Source of the DNA: Camelus ferus
Taxonomy: Eukaryota
DNA length: 64,000 bases
Direction: 5' to 3'
Assembly (NCBI RefSeq): GCF_009834535.1
Contig: NC_045696.1
Location: 36,706,001-36,770,000 of the forward strand
The position numbers were made by a program, and so were the translations under genes. Below, piece by piece: positions 25,427 through 37,258 of this stretch. The number at the start of each line of letters is the position of its first letter. The first letter of the stretch is position 1. The notes below the pieces were generated by a model that had not been told where the DNA came from, ran no database searches, and worked only from the letters and a program-made list of their open reading frames with translations.

Positions 25427-25825
25427 TTGCTCTCAAGGTTTCTATAACAAAGCAGCACACACTAGGTGGCTTAAACAACAGAAACTTATTTTCTCACAGG
25501 TCTGGACCTTAGAAGTCCAAAATTAAGATGTCAACAGGGTTGATTGTTTTGGAGGGAAGGATCTGTTCCAAGCCTCCCTCCTTGGCTTATCAATGGCCAT
25601 CTTCTTCCTAAGTCTCTTCACTTGTCTCCCTCTGTATGTGTCTCTGTTCAAAAATTTCCCATTTGTAGAAGGACACTAATCATCTTGGATTAAGGGCTCA
25701 TTCTGATTACATCATTTAAATTTGATTGATTATCTCTGTAAAAACCTTATCACCAAATAATGCCACACACAGAGGTACTGAGGGCTAGGATTTCAACATA
25801 TGAATTTTGGAGGGACACAATTTAA
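25427..25825 (-). mobile_element. MaLR LTR (MLT1A-like)
   Basis: ggtggcttaaacaacagaaacttattttctcacag, aggtactgagggctaggatttcaacatatgaattttggagggacacaatt. Confidence 0.85.
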
Positions 25826-26607
25826 TTGTAGAATAACAGAATTCCCTAATATCCTCTCCATCACTCAAATGAAATTTTAATTTGAGAGAGAACTAGATGG
25901 ATTATGTGATTTGCCCAAGGTCAAATGGCTAAATATCCACAGAAATAGAATATGAATCCAAAATTTATTGTCCCAAGTCAAGTGTGTTTTCCACTCCTCT
26001 CAGTTTCCCTAAGGAACAAAATAACCGTATCATATGTTACTTATTCATTCAGTTATTCAGTTTCACAAATATGTATATTAAATGCCATACATGGGTATAT
26101 AAGTATAAGCATTCCTCTCTATAAGGAGAGGTAAAATTTATGTGCACATATTTATAACAGAAGGTGAAAGGTGATGAGTGACATTACAAAGTATTGGTAA
26201 TTGAAAGAAGAGGAGATCTTATTTCTTTCATGAGCACAGTTTTAGTTCACGTGGCCCATATCTTATCGTGTGTGAGTCAACATTCTGTTAAGATAGATAT
26301 TTTCCTCTCTTCTCAGTTTTGAACCACAGAATATCAAAATCCACTGCAAGTTAGGATCTTTCTATTTTGGAGTATTATTAAAATAATATCTGGTAGAATT
26401 CTTTAAATTGAAACCTTATAAAAATAATAGAAAAGAAAAAGTTTAAGAATAACTGAATCTACACCATGAAATGAGAAGTATATAATAAACGTCAATAGGA
26501 GCTCATGCAACAAAGTAAAATGTACATTCTCAGATTTGTGTATTAAATTCTATTCTTGTAATTAGAAAGATTAGTCACCATGTACCCGATTTGAAGAGAG
26601 CTTTCTA

Positions 26608-27965
26608 GTCTCTTCAGCAAATGGTGTTGGGAAAACTGGACAGCATCATGTAAATCAATGAAGCTAGAACACTCCCTTATACCGTACACAAAAATAAACT
26701 CAAAATGGATCAAAGACTTAAACATAAAACAAGATACAATAAACCTCCTGGAAGAAAATATAGGTAAAACATTATCTGACGTACATCTCAAAAATGTTCT
26801 AATAGAACAGTCTACTCAAGCAATAGAAATAAAAGGAAGAATAAACAAATGGGACCTAATTAAACTTACAAGCTTCTGCACAGCAAAGGAAACCATAAGT
26901 AAAACAAAAAGACAACCTACGGAATGGGAGAAAATTTTTGCAAATGAAACCAACAAAGGCTTAATCTCCAGAATATATAAGCAGCTCATATGGCTTAATA
27001 ATAATAATAAAAAAACCCCAATCCAAAGATGGGCAGAAGACCTAAACAAGCAATTCTCCAAGGAAGACATACAAATGATCAATAGGCACATGAAAAAATG
27101 CTCAATATCACTAATTGTCAGAGAAATGCAAATCAAAACTACAATGAGGTATCACCTCACACCAGTCAGAATGGCCATCATTCAAAAATCCACAAATGAC
27201 AAATGCTGGAGAAGCTGTGGAGAAAAGGGAACCTTCCTGCACTGCTGGTGGGAATGCAGTTTGGTGCAGCCACTGTGGAAAACAGTATGGAGATTCCTCA
27301 AAAGACTAGGAATAGACTTACCATATGACCCAGGAATCCCGCTCCTTTGCATATATCCAGAAGGAACCCTACTCCAAAATGACACCTGCACCCCATTGTT
27401 CATAGCAGCACTATTTACAATAGCCAAGACATGGAAACAGCCTAAATGTCCATCAACAGATGACTGGATAAAGAAGAAGTGGTATATTTATACAATGGAA
27501 TACTATTCAGCCATAAAAACCAACAACATAATGCTATTTGCAGCAACATGGATGCTCCTGGAGAATGTCATTCTAAGTGAAGTAAGCCAGAAAGAGAAAG
27601 AAAAATACCATATGAGATCGCTCATATGTGGAATCTAAAATTAAAAACAAACAAACAAACAAACAAACAAAACATAAATACAAAACAGAAATAGACTCAT
27701 AGACATAGAATACAAACTTGTGGTTACCAAGGGGGAAGGGGGTGGGAAGGGATAGACTGGGATTTCAAAATGTAGAATAGATAAACAAGATTATATTGTA
27801 TAGCACAGGGAAATATATACAAGATCTTATGGTAACTCACAGAGAAAAAAATGTGATAATGAATATGTATATGTTCATGTATAACGAAAAATTGTGCTCT
27901 ACACTGGAATTTGACACAACACTGTAAGATTATTATAAATCAATGAAAAATTTTTTTAAAAAAAA
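26608..27965 (+). mobile_element. Young 5'-truncated LINE-1 with A-tail and 15-bp TSD
   Basis: TSD gaagagagctttcta (26593-26607) / gaagagaactttcta (27966-27980), tt|gaaga endonuclease-like site, complete 3' UTR. Confidence 0.97.
26658..27638 (+). pseudogene. Open C-terminal 326 aa of L1 ORF2p (cysteine-rich domain); not a full ORF2
   Basis: [52 protein letters not shown]...LICGI-stop. Confidence 0.92.
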
Positions 27966-28535
27966 GAAGAGAACTTTCTACTTTTGTTTTGCTTTAGTTT
28001 AGTTTAGTTTTATTTGCTGCTACTGCTGCTGTTGTTACTGTCATTCTGATATTCTGGTCCTGGGCCATTGGTGCCTCTTTTTCTCTGATCTCCCTAATTT
28101 ATGCTCCAGTCCTTAATATCAATGTCAGGGAATTTGCTTCATCAGGGTATATAATTTCTAAAGGTTTATACTGTCTATATTCTCCTCCGAAACTGTCCAA
28201 GCAGGCTTGCTCTCCTCCAAAGCATATTGTCTACCAAATGCTGGCTCCTGGTCTCCTGCTTTTGTTCTCTGCTCTGTGATAAGGGCTCAGCCTCCCCCGA
28301 ACTCAGTGAAGCTGCATAAAAGTAGCTCAGTTTTGGCAAGAAGAGAATAGCTTCCAAGATGAATCTAAACTGAGAAAGTCTTTTCCACTGCACAGATGTC
28401 ATTGCCTTAATTGCATTTCCTGTGATAAAATATTGAACATCTCCTCTAGCCACTACCACCTAGAGTTTTATTGTTTAACTACAGCATGGTTATTTTTGAA
28501 ACATCCAGCTCTGATGTATGGGTTCATCATCTTTT

Positions 28536-28727
28536 TTCCCCCTGCTTTTCTTTCTTTTTTTTTTTAATTGAAGTAGTCAGTTTACAATGTTGCATCAATT
28601 ACTGGTGTGCAGCATAATGTTTCAGTCACTCATATACATATGAATATTCCTTTTCGTATTCTTTTTCATTACTAAAGGATATTGAATATAGTTCCCTGTT
28701 CTCTACACTAAAAACTTGTTGTTTAGA
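28536..28727 (-). mobile_element. Short LINE-1 3' end with TSD
   Basis: T-tail then aattgaagtagtcagtttacaatgttg. TSD gttcatcatctttt at 28522-28535 and 28728-28741. Confidence 0.88.
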
Positions 28728-29639
28728 GTTCATCATCTTTTTAAACACATTATCTAATTAGAGGCCAGAAAAGAAACACACTCAAAGTGACTTGTTCCAT
28801 CCAAGTTTGGCCAGCATTCTCTCTACACTACAGTTTAACCAGGATGATAATGATTAGCCTTTTTCCAGTTAGGCTTACAGAGTAATAGATGTTAAACAAT
28901 TTAGGCAAGATATTTGCATTGAGTTATATAACTTGAATCATGCAGGTTGTTGGTCTAAACCTTTCCAAGAAATGCCAAGGATCCATGTCACTTTGTGGAC
29001 GTTTTATTAGAACTTTCTTTTCTGTCTGAGTAAATGCATACTTCTGTACACACATAAACATTTTATTCATGGCTCCCCCCCTTCTCTTCTATCTCAGTAG
29101 AAAATTACATTGACTTGTTTACAAACATGTTATTAGTTTCATGCATAATATTACTTTAGTTATATTTGTATATAACATGGATTTGTATATAATTATGGTG
29201 ATTTATACTAATTATTCTGTATTTTTTTTTTGAAATTAGAGGATCAACAACACAAAATAAAAATGTGTGCACAGTGCTATTTTGCTTTTACACCCTAAAT
29301 CCAGGCACTCTGCTGAATAGAACTCCAGAACGGCTGAGTTCTTTGTTACTTGAAGATTTTTTTGAAGTTGAGCAGAGACTCGAAGTCAGAGGAGTGTAAG
29401 ACTTCTCCCTGGGGCATTGTGCCCCTCACACTATACTGTTCTCCCCCAGTGCTCTAGAAAACATATCTTAGAAAGTGGGATTTCAAGAATTCTCCATACC
29501 AGGTAGTTCTGAACACTGGCAACCTGTAGAAACCACTGGAAGTTCCAGTATGCTCAGTTTTGAGAGTGAAGTGGTAAATTCTCTGTATTTCTAGAACTCT
29601 CAAAGTGGAGGTAAGCTTTTGTGGCTTGGGGACTACTCT

Positions 29640-30649
29640 GATACTGTGATTGTCTTTAATTTAGAGGTGAAAGGTGAGATTGCTTCTCCCAACGTGATCA
29701 AGCATATGAACTGATACAGCAGATAAAATATATCTCTCTTTATATCCCCTTAGTTTTAATTTTGTGCCATGAGATAGACCCAGATATTTGTATTCTGGTA
29801 TTTTTCTTTCAGATGATCTTTCCTTTGAGAAATCAAACAGAGGAGGTAACGCCCCTTTTGTGCTCCTTTTACTTTGCAAACCTTTATGGTACTTAGGGGC
29901 TCCTGGCTTTGTAGCTAAGTGCTGCACCCTGGCCCCATCACCCCCATCAATATTCGTGATGCCAACTCTATGACTGCCTTTCCTTCCGTCAGCTCTGGCT
30001 TGCAGAGGGGACCATATAGAACTTATAATTGGTGCTGGTCCTTTTCTCATTAGAGAATTTATAATGACTCTGATGGATGATCTGGGACAATTCCTGAGTG
30101 GGGCACTTGTTGCCATTTTGGGGAGTTATACCTGAAACATCTTTCAGAATAGGGAAAATGCTAGCTCATATTCTGGAAAAATAGGCCAGCTCTATCAAGC
30201 CAATATCCTTAGATGCCGTGTCTCAGAATCCCACATCTTTAAAACCAGGGCCCTGATCTTAACAAAACATCTGCTTGGGCTGAGATTCAAACATCTCTGG
30301 AGTTCTGCAGCTCTATTAGGTCTTCAGTTTCTTGGTTACCTATGTTAAATTTGACCATTTACTGCTTTTCGGTGGTCCTCAGTTTCTCATTATCTCCCTG
30401 CTGGCTGTCGATACAAATGAGCGATAACCAGTCAACTGTATTGTCATTGCATACGTGAATCATTGGACTTACAATGACATTCCCCCTCACTGGGACATTT
30501 TCCCAGGTCACCACCAGTGAAAGTTTTAGCTGTTGTCTTGTGCCAGGGACTGTCTGTACCTCATCCGTCGTCTTTGCCCACTGAACAGTGAGTGAGTCCT
30601 AAACTCAAAATGTTATTGCTTGTTACATTGAACCACTCCTAATACTAGT
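29640..30649 (-). mobile_element. ERVL internal region (ERV3-16A3/HERV16-like), decayed gag, with PBS remnant
   Basis: Minus strand ataaattctctaatgagaaaaggaccagcacc..ctctgcaagccagagctgac..catagagttggc resembles ERVL gag. tagtattaggagtgg next to the LTR resembles the ERVL tRNA-Leu PBS TGGTACCAGGAGTGG. Confidence 0.7.
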
Positions 30650-31094
30650 AGTGTTAATTTGTGTCCTCTGAGAGGCAGGAGCTAGGACAAGATTATACAT
30701 CTAGGATTTATTTGGGAAAATTGTCTATAAGGGAAAAGGGAATGGAGCCAGAAGAGGAGATGGTGAATCCGTGAGGCCATAATACAGGTCTGACCCCCGT
30801 GAGGGAGAGAGGGAAGGGTTGCATGGGAAGAGTCTCAGACTACAAGAAATTTCATGGGAAGTTTTGATCAGGCCCATGGGGGAGTGCTTAAGCCAAAGTC
30901 ACTCCCCAGAGGAGTCCCGCCTCTCCTAGGAGTGAAGCTGTTTAGTGTCCCTTTCACACTCAGTGATTTGCTGGGAGTAGCTGTGAGAAGTGTGGCCAAC
31001 ACCACTGCAGTGCCTTCGAAGTGCAGCAGCTTAGGCTGTCAGTTATATTCCTCACAGCAGGAGATCTGGGTGGCTTATTTTTGTGGCCAACACA
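30650..31094 (-). mobile_element. ERVL LTR (LTR16-like), 5' LTR of the element at 29640-30649
   Basis: Minus strand cccagatctcctgctgtgaggaatataactgacag..gggtcagacctgtatt..cccaaataaaatcc..tctcagaggacacaaattaacac. Confidence 0.8.
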
Positions 31095-31875
31095 CACACT
31101 TAAGAAAAAGTATACCCTGCCAAAAATAAAATTCCTTTTGATAGAGATGTTAAATATATAAAATCAAACTTTACGTTATTTCTCTTGAACATTGTATGTT
31201 GTTGCATGTAGCTTAAGATTTGTTGTATCAGTGGTTCTGGAAGGCCATACTGATTTGCTAAACATGGGAAAAGAAGCTTTGGAACAGCATCGTGGCCCAC
31301 TTACTGAAAAATTTTGAATTAATTTTGGAAACTTAGAATGCCATGTAAATGAGGGGCAGAATTAGAGATTTTATATCCATAGATGAAGATCAAATGATCT
31401 TCAAGGATAAACTTCCCTGTGTAAAGATTTCAGTACTAGAGGGGACTGTGGAATGGTAAGGCAGAGCTTCATTATCTGATCTCTGTACTAGTGGTTGTAA
31501 ACATGTCTCAGAATGTAAAATACCATTAGCAGTAAAATCCTAATGATCCGTGGAGGGACTGTTTCTTTCTGAAGGCTTTGCTCTCTTGATTACTCTGACC
31601 CTAGTTACTTGCTCTTTCTCCCTTCTCTCCCTTTTTCTTCATGTCTATATACATCTCCACTGTTCATCAAAAAAAAACTGCCTCATTCTTTCCATCAATT
31701 CTTTTTCTATTTTGTTCCCCACGTCTTTGTCTGTCTCTTCTCCTGTTTCCTTTATTCTTTCTCTCCTTTAAGGTCATGGTAGTTGAAACATAATCTAACA
31801 ATCACAATTAAGTGAGAAAAGAAGGGATTCGTAAAGCTGACTAAAAATAAGCAATCAATCAAAAATGGCAGAGAA

Positions 31876-32293
31876 GATTGTCATTCTAAGTGAAGTAAGC
31901 CAGAAAGAGACAGAAAGATACCATATGATATCACTTACATGTGGGATCTAAAAAGAAAGAAAGAAAAAAAGAGGACACTAATGAACTCATCTATGAAATA
32001 GGAACAGACTGGCAGACATAGTAAATAATCTTATGGTTACTGGGGAAAGGGAGTGGGGAGGGATAAATTTGGGAGTTTGAGATTTGCAAATGTTAACCAC
32101 TATATATAAAAATACATAAAAAACAAATTACTTCTGTAGAACACAGGGAACTAGATTCAATATCTTGTAATAACCTTTAATAAAAAGAGTATGAAAAAAT
32201 GTATGTGTATATATATATATTCATGACTGAGACACTATGCTGTACACCAGAAATTGACACATTGTAACTGACTATATTCCAATTAAAAAAAAA
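31876..32293 (+). mobile_element. LINE-1 3' end with A-tail
   Basis: gtcattctaagtgaagtaagccagaaagag..gggagtttgagatttgcaaatg..ttgtaactgactatattccaattaaaaaaaaa. Confidence 0.92.
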
Positions 32294-33129
32294 GTTAGTG
32301 GAGAACCAGTAATTATAAATGAATTTAATTTAATAAATTTTTTTATAATGGGAAATATAAAAGGAGAGTTAGGAAGGACTGGGGAAGCCTGGATATGAAT
32401 CAGATTTTAGTTTCCCTGTATTTTCAGGGAGCTCTCAGTGCTCTCCTGTCACTAAAGGCCTCTGGAAGAATCATTTGGTTCAGACTGTACCTGCAGAGGT
32501 AAAGCTTACTGTTAACAGGAAATTTGTTGTTTGATTAGAAGACTAGTCCAAGTTGCAGAACACTATATGGAGTATTGCAAAAAATTATATACTTGCTCAT
32601 AATTATGTTGTTAACGACTAAAAGGGATAAAGTTTGAAATGGAAAAGAAAAAGACATTTTAAGCAGACTCTGAAGTAAGCTGATGATGTCTCAACATAAC
32701 AGTCTGAAGAACACTGATAGTTTATAGTGTGAACTTTCAAAATTAATTTCTGTTTTGATAGACCTTATCAACTGGATCCTCAGGTATTATTAAACCCTGA
32801 GATCCCTTCAGTGATTTTTAATAGTTTGTATGAGCTCCTCCCCCATCCATATATAACACAAAAATTACCTCAGATCAAATTGGTTTATAATATTGGTTTT
32901 TACTTAGTTTTTTATCCTCTTCAGCATTGAGCTCCATGTCTTGGACTGAATTCATCTCAGCTAAAGCTGTGAAATGTCTACCACTAGACAATTCACATGC
33001 AAAGAATCATGGAAAACTGAATGCGTTTAATGGTGATCTTATTTAAAGTAGGTAGCTATTTAGCTGACTGAGAGTAGAAAAATTTTATTTTTATCAATTT
33101 ATTTTTATTTTTGCCCAATGTTTGATATC

Positions 33130-33510
33130 TCCAGGGGCGAAGTGAAATAAATAACTGAGATCCTTATGGGTTTTTCTGCGATGAGTTAAATCCTAAGTGC
33201 AGTAAATTACGAAGCCAGGACTTTCTTAGGCTAAGTATTTCGCCCAAGGGAAGGAGAGCGCCGGATCTTTGCTCAGGAATAAGTCACAGATTCTTATGCT
33301 TTTAGTGTGCCAGTAGGAACACCAGCTGAGTTCTGTTTTCACATTCTGTCACCAGTTTCTCGGCTGCTGCTGTTGTTACCGTAACAATTCTGCCTTCAGA
33401 ATTTTGTAGGGTTTGCCATGTCAATGTCTGTCAACCCCGAATTCAAATTTACACTTTAGTGAGTTCTTTTGTTTCAGCTTTTAATTGTTGCACGTATTGT
33501 TTGAAGGTAA
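33130..33510 (+). promoter_or_regulatory. Candidate promoter / first exon with RFX X-box-like motifs
   Basis: Non-repeat sequence with about 10 CpGs in an otherwise CpG-poor region. GTTGTTACCGTAAC (33372-33385) and TTTGCCATGTCAAT (33412-33425). Donor-like sites TA|gtgagt (33459) and AAG|gtaact (33507). Confidence 0.4.
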
Positions 33511-34119
33511 CTTCAATTTTCTATTGTCTTCTTTTTAATAATTCTGTATCAAACACAATGTGGTTTCAGCATTTGAATATTTTTTGAAGTAGTACACAGT
33601 GGATTCAGATAACTTGTGAGATCATGCAAACCAAATTTTGAAAAGTACACCAGATATTTAACAATTATTTAAATTTATTGAAGGTATTTTAGAAACTGTT
33701 CAGTTTCTACTAATGCTTTTCATTTATTGACTATTTTGGAATTTGATATGACATTAGATTCTGTCTAATTAAAATTGAGTGCTAAAATGGTTGTATAATG
33801 ATTACAAGAACTTAGGTTAAAAAATGGAATCTGGCATAAAAGGGTTTATTGCTTGCAGAAAGCTTATATTCTGAGACATGGAATGTAACAGACAATGTGG
33901 TTGCTTTCATTGGTGAAACAGATTAGTGGTAATTGTGTGCAGATCAGAATGATAATTATGGTAATAATATCTGTAGAGAAACTAAAAAATGTACCTTGCT
34001 CAAATGCTGAGAAAAAAATAAAATGCTGAACTTTGGCCATTTTTAAACTTAGAGAAAGAAGTTCTGATATCATTTTGTAGATAAAAATGTAGACTAGTGG
34101 AATTGTAAAAAAGGTGACT

Positions 34120-34448
34120 TAAAAAAATTGAGGTATAATTGACATGTAACATTCTATTGGTTTCAGGTGTGCAGCATAATGATTCAATATTTGTGTATAT
34201 TGTGAAATGATCACCACAGTAAGTCTAGTTAATATGCATTATCACACATAGTTAAGAGTTTTTTTCTTGAGATGAGAACTTGTAAGATTTACTCTCCTAA
34301 CAACTCTCAGATATGCAGTACAGTATAGTCATCATGTTTTACATTACATCTCCATGATGTGTTCATTTGATAACTGGAAATTTGTACCTTTTGACCTTTC
34401 CACCCATTTCAGTCCCACCTCCACCCTGCCTCTGGCAACCACCAATCA
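34120..34448 (-). mobile_element. L1MA9-like 3' UTR fragment
   Basis: attgaggtataattgacatgtaacatt..aactggaaatttgtaccttttgacc..ctctggcaaccaccaatc. Confidence 0.85.
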
Positions 34449-34945
34449 AAGAAAATGATGTTTTAATATTTGATCATCTATTTGAGCCACCATGTTGATG
34501 TTATACAGCTTCATTGTGATTGGTTTAGAACTTCTCAAAGAGGCTAGCAGTGTCTTAGACGTGGCCAGTATTGGATTATCTCCTCATTTACTTACAGGTG
34601 CCAGGAGACCAGGTGCTCCGCCTTGTCGTCATTTCCATCTCCCCACCTTTGTTCTTGGCCATTTCTCCTCTTCCACTGCCCTCATATTCTGCCTTTAGCA
34701 GTGTTTCATCCAGAACAAAGTTATCTAATTCCTCATTTTTGTGACTGCTTTAGGCATTATTTATTTTAATTATAAAAGTTCAGAGATGTTTTGAAAAGAA
34801 AACACCAAACTGGTGTCAAAGCTTATTGCAACTCATATTTTTATATTTTTTCTGCAGTCTTAGTGGGAATATTAAAGATGAGATAATTTACAGAAATTAT
34901 CTGACATGGTTCTTATCTCTTGCAGTACTCAATAAATATTCTATG

Positions 34946-35149
34946 CAGTGGTGTGCTCATACATGTTTAACAACCAGCTATCAAAAGAAAAAAAAAGACT
35001 GATTTGCAGCATTTGGTGATTTCCATGGTGTAATTCCTCCACCACAGATGATTTCAAGTTACCCACGTGCAGTCACCGAATCAGAACTTAGGCAAGGATA
35101 TGTACAATTAGATCTCTAGTCAATGCAAGCCGTCTTCAGCACACCACTG
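34946..35149 (-). mobile_element. MER63A-like hAT-Blackjack MITE
   Basis: Perfect 12-bp terminal inverted repeats CAGTGGTGTGCT...AGCACACCACTG, 204 bp long, internal gatttccatggtgtaa. Confidence 0.9.
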
Positions 35150-35264
35150 CCTCTCTGGCACAAGCTATCATTGTCTTGTCCATATGTCTTAAAACCATAC
35201 CATTTCATTGCACCCTGCCCTAATCTCCAGCTGCTAGTTTCTTCATCTCTCTGTCTGGGGATTA

Positions 35265-35579
35265 TCTGTGGCCATGGGATCCCTTTCTGTTTGAACCAGT
35301 AGTGCCAAGAAATTATTTCCCCTAGCTGCAGGAGGAATAATTGGTAACAGTTTAACCAGTAACTGACAGTAGTTGGTGCATTAATTCCACATCTCCCTCA
35401 ACTGTTTTACGGGATGATTTTGAGGTCTATGTCCTAAAATAGTACCCCATGTTCCTCAGGGGTAAATCCCAGGGTAATGCTATCTTGATTGTCTTTCCCT
35501 CCCTGGGATGTCTTCCTAATAAAACTACTTGCATAGAACTGTCTCAAGATCCACTTCTGCTGGAACTCAAACCAATTCA
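35265..35579 (+). mobile_element. Old ERVL LTR (LTR16/LTR33-like)
   Basis: 3' end cttcctaataaaactacttgca..tgtctcaagatccacttctgctggaactcaaac. Confidence 0.6.
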
Positions 35580-35901
35580 AACTTCTTCTATTCAGTTTCC
35601 ATCTTTTGTAGATGTCTTTAAAATATGAATGTCTAGCGAAGTTCATATATCTATTTGATATTCCCATTATTACTTCGAACTCAACATGACTTCTAATTCT
35701 ATCAGATTCCTTTCTTACCATGTTATTTTTGTCCTAGATAGGATGGCTGCAGATGCTTCTTGCTCTGGCTAAAAGATATTAACGTCTCATAGTATTAAGT
35801 CTCCATGAAACACTTTGTGAAAGAGAGAACTTCACTACCATATATGACCTACTCACAAGCTTGGACAAGACAGATTCTGATTCTTTAGTTGTGATTTTCA
35901 G

Positions 35902-35930
35902 ATTTTACTGGAAGAAATGTGGAGAACCAA
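35902..35930 (+). other. Putative small exon (29 nt)
   Basis: gattttcag| acceptor and CAA|gtatga donor. Confidence 0.25.
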
Positions 35931-37167
35931 GTATGAGCAAAGGATTGCGCCTGGAGGGAGACACGCCAAAGCACAGAACAAGAGAGATGTGGAAAATAGC
36001 TTACTGATATCAACTGAACTTAAATTTCTTATGGTGTTTTTAGATATAATCTCTGTGTTCTTACAATTACTTCCTCTTTTCCCTTCCACATTGGCAATAT
36101 TTTCTCTAAACTATTTGTAAACATAAGTTTGTTTTATATTATTTAATTTTGCTGCTGAAGTTTTTTGTTTTGGGTTTTTCTTTTTTCTTTCTTTCCTTTT
36201 TTTTTTTTCTTTTTTGGACGTAAAACTAGTCAAAAGCAGAGCCATGGTCGTAAAAGAGTAATGTTAATGTCTGTCTCCATCTTCAAACAAGGAATAAACA
36301 CTTACCAGGGAAATGAAAAAAAAAAAGTCTGCCAGAGGAAAACATCTGAAATGTTTGACTTGTAAAGAAAAAAACCTGTCTCTACTTGTTATCCGTAATG
36401 CATCTGTAATAACAATTTCCTTATTCCCAACTGGTGATGTGAATAACATAGGAATACGAACACAAATGCAAGAGAGAATATACAAAAAATACTAATTTCT
36501 CCTTTCTCTTGTGATGTCCGTTCTGCTTGATTATGATAGAAGAGATGCCATCTGTGTGATGTCCTTAGACTGCTGGCTCAGAATTGCCTTGATTCTTCTC
36601 GTGTATTCTACAGGAGCCATAAATCCTGTAGTAGTAATGACAAGGAATGACAAGTACAGTCCAGCTTACAAGGCTGGCTCTCAGTGCTGTCCCTGGTATT
36701 AAGATAAGTTCTTGCATTTACCCAGGGACCTGAATGTCACCATGTATCTTGTGAAATCAGTTTACTGACACATGAAGTGAGTCCTTTTCTAAGACACTTG
36801 GAAAAAACCAGGCAACTGCATGTTTTTGAGGTCAAAATTAAATCCTGAAATAAAGTACTTCATGTCAGTGCAAGATATCCTCTGGCTGTTGTCACATGTC
36901 AGCTCTTCTTATTATAAGTGAAATTAGAGCAGCATTTTCTCTTTACTCAGAACTCTTAGGGCAGCTTTCAAGCACAGTTAGGCTGTTGTAGACTACTGGC
37001 CGGGCCTCTATGAGAACACATACTTAATCAGTGAATACTGAGCTACAGAAGAGATTAGGGAAGATGTATGTGAAACAGTCAGGCACCATATGAATTAGCC
37101 AAATTGTTTTCAATATTTTGAGTTGCTGAATAAGCAAGTTATTCAATGCCATTATTTTTATTTCTAG

Positions 37168-37258
37168 GGCAATAATGATTCAAAGCAAGAAATGGCCAGC
37201 AGTAGACGATACTGTTGGAACCAGGACTCTATAATAGAATCAGAGTCGTACAAATCAA
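37168..37258 (+). CDS. Putative exon of an unidentified gene (GNNDSKQE-MASSRRYCWNQDSIIESESYKS)
   Basis: Strong acceptor ttatttttatttctag|, donor CAA|gtgagc, open frame, ATG at 37192 in gaaATGG context, two retained CpGs. Confidence 0.4.

Noticed and set aside
29305..29610. Exon-like segments 29305-29395 (TLLNRTPERLSSLLLEDFFEVEQRLEVRG) and 29595-29610
   Set aside because: Splice signals are plausible, but there is no recognisable homology and no consistent chain. Expected by chance in 64 kb.
29661..30116. 151-aa minus-strand ORF as a domesticated gag
   Set aside because: DNA similarity to ERVL gag is patchy and the translation shows no recognisable capsid motifs. It is a decayed provirus.
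33418..33459. ATG in gccATG context as the start of the candidate gene
   Set aside because: Unspliced it stops after 13 codons, and splicing at 33458 to the nearby acceptors creates TAA or TAG. At most a uORF.
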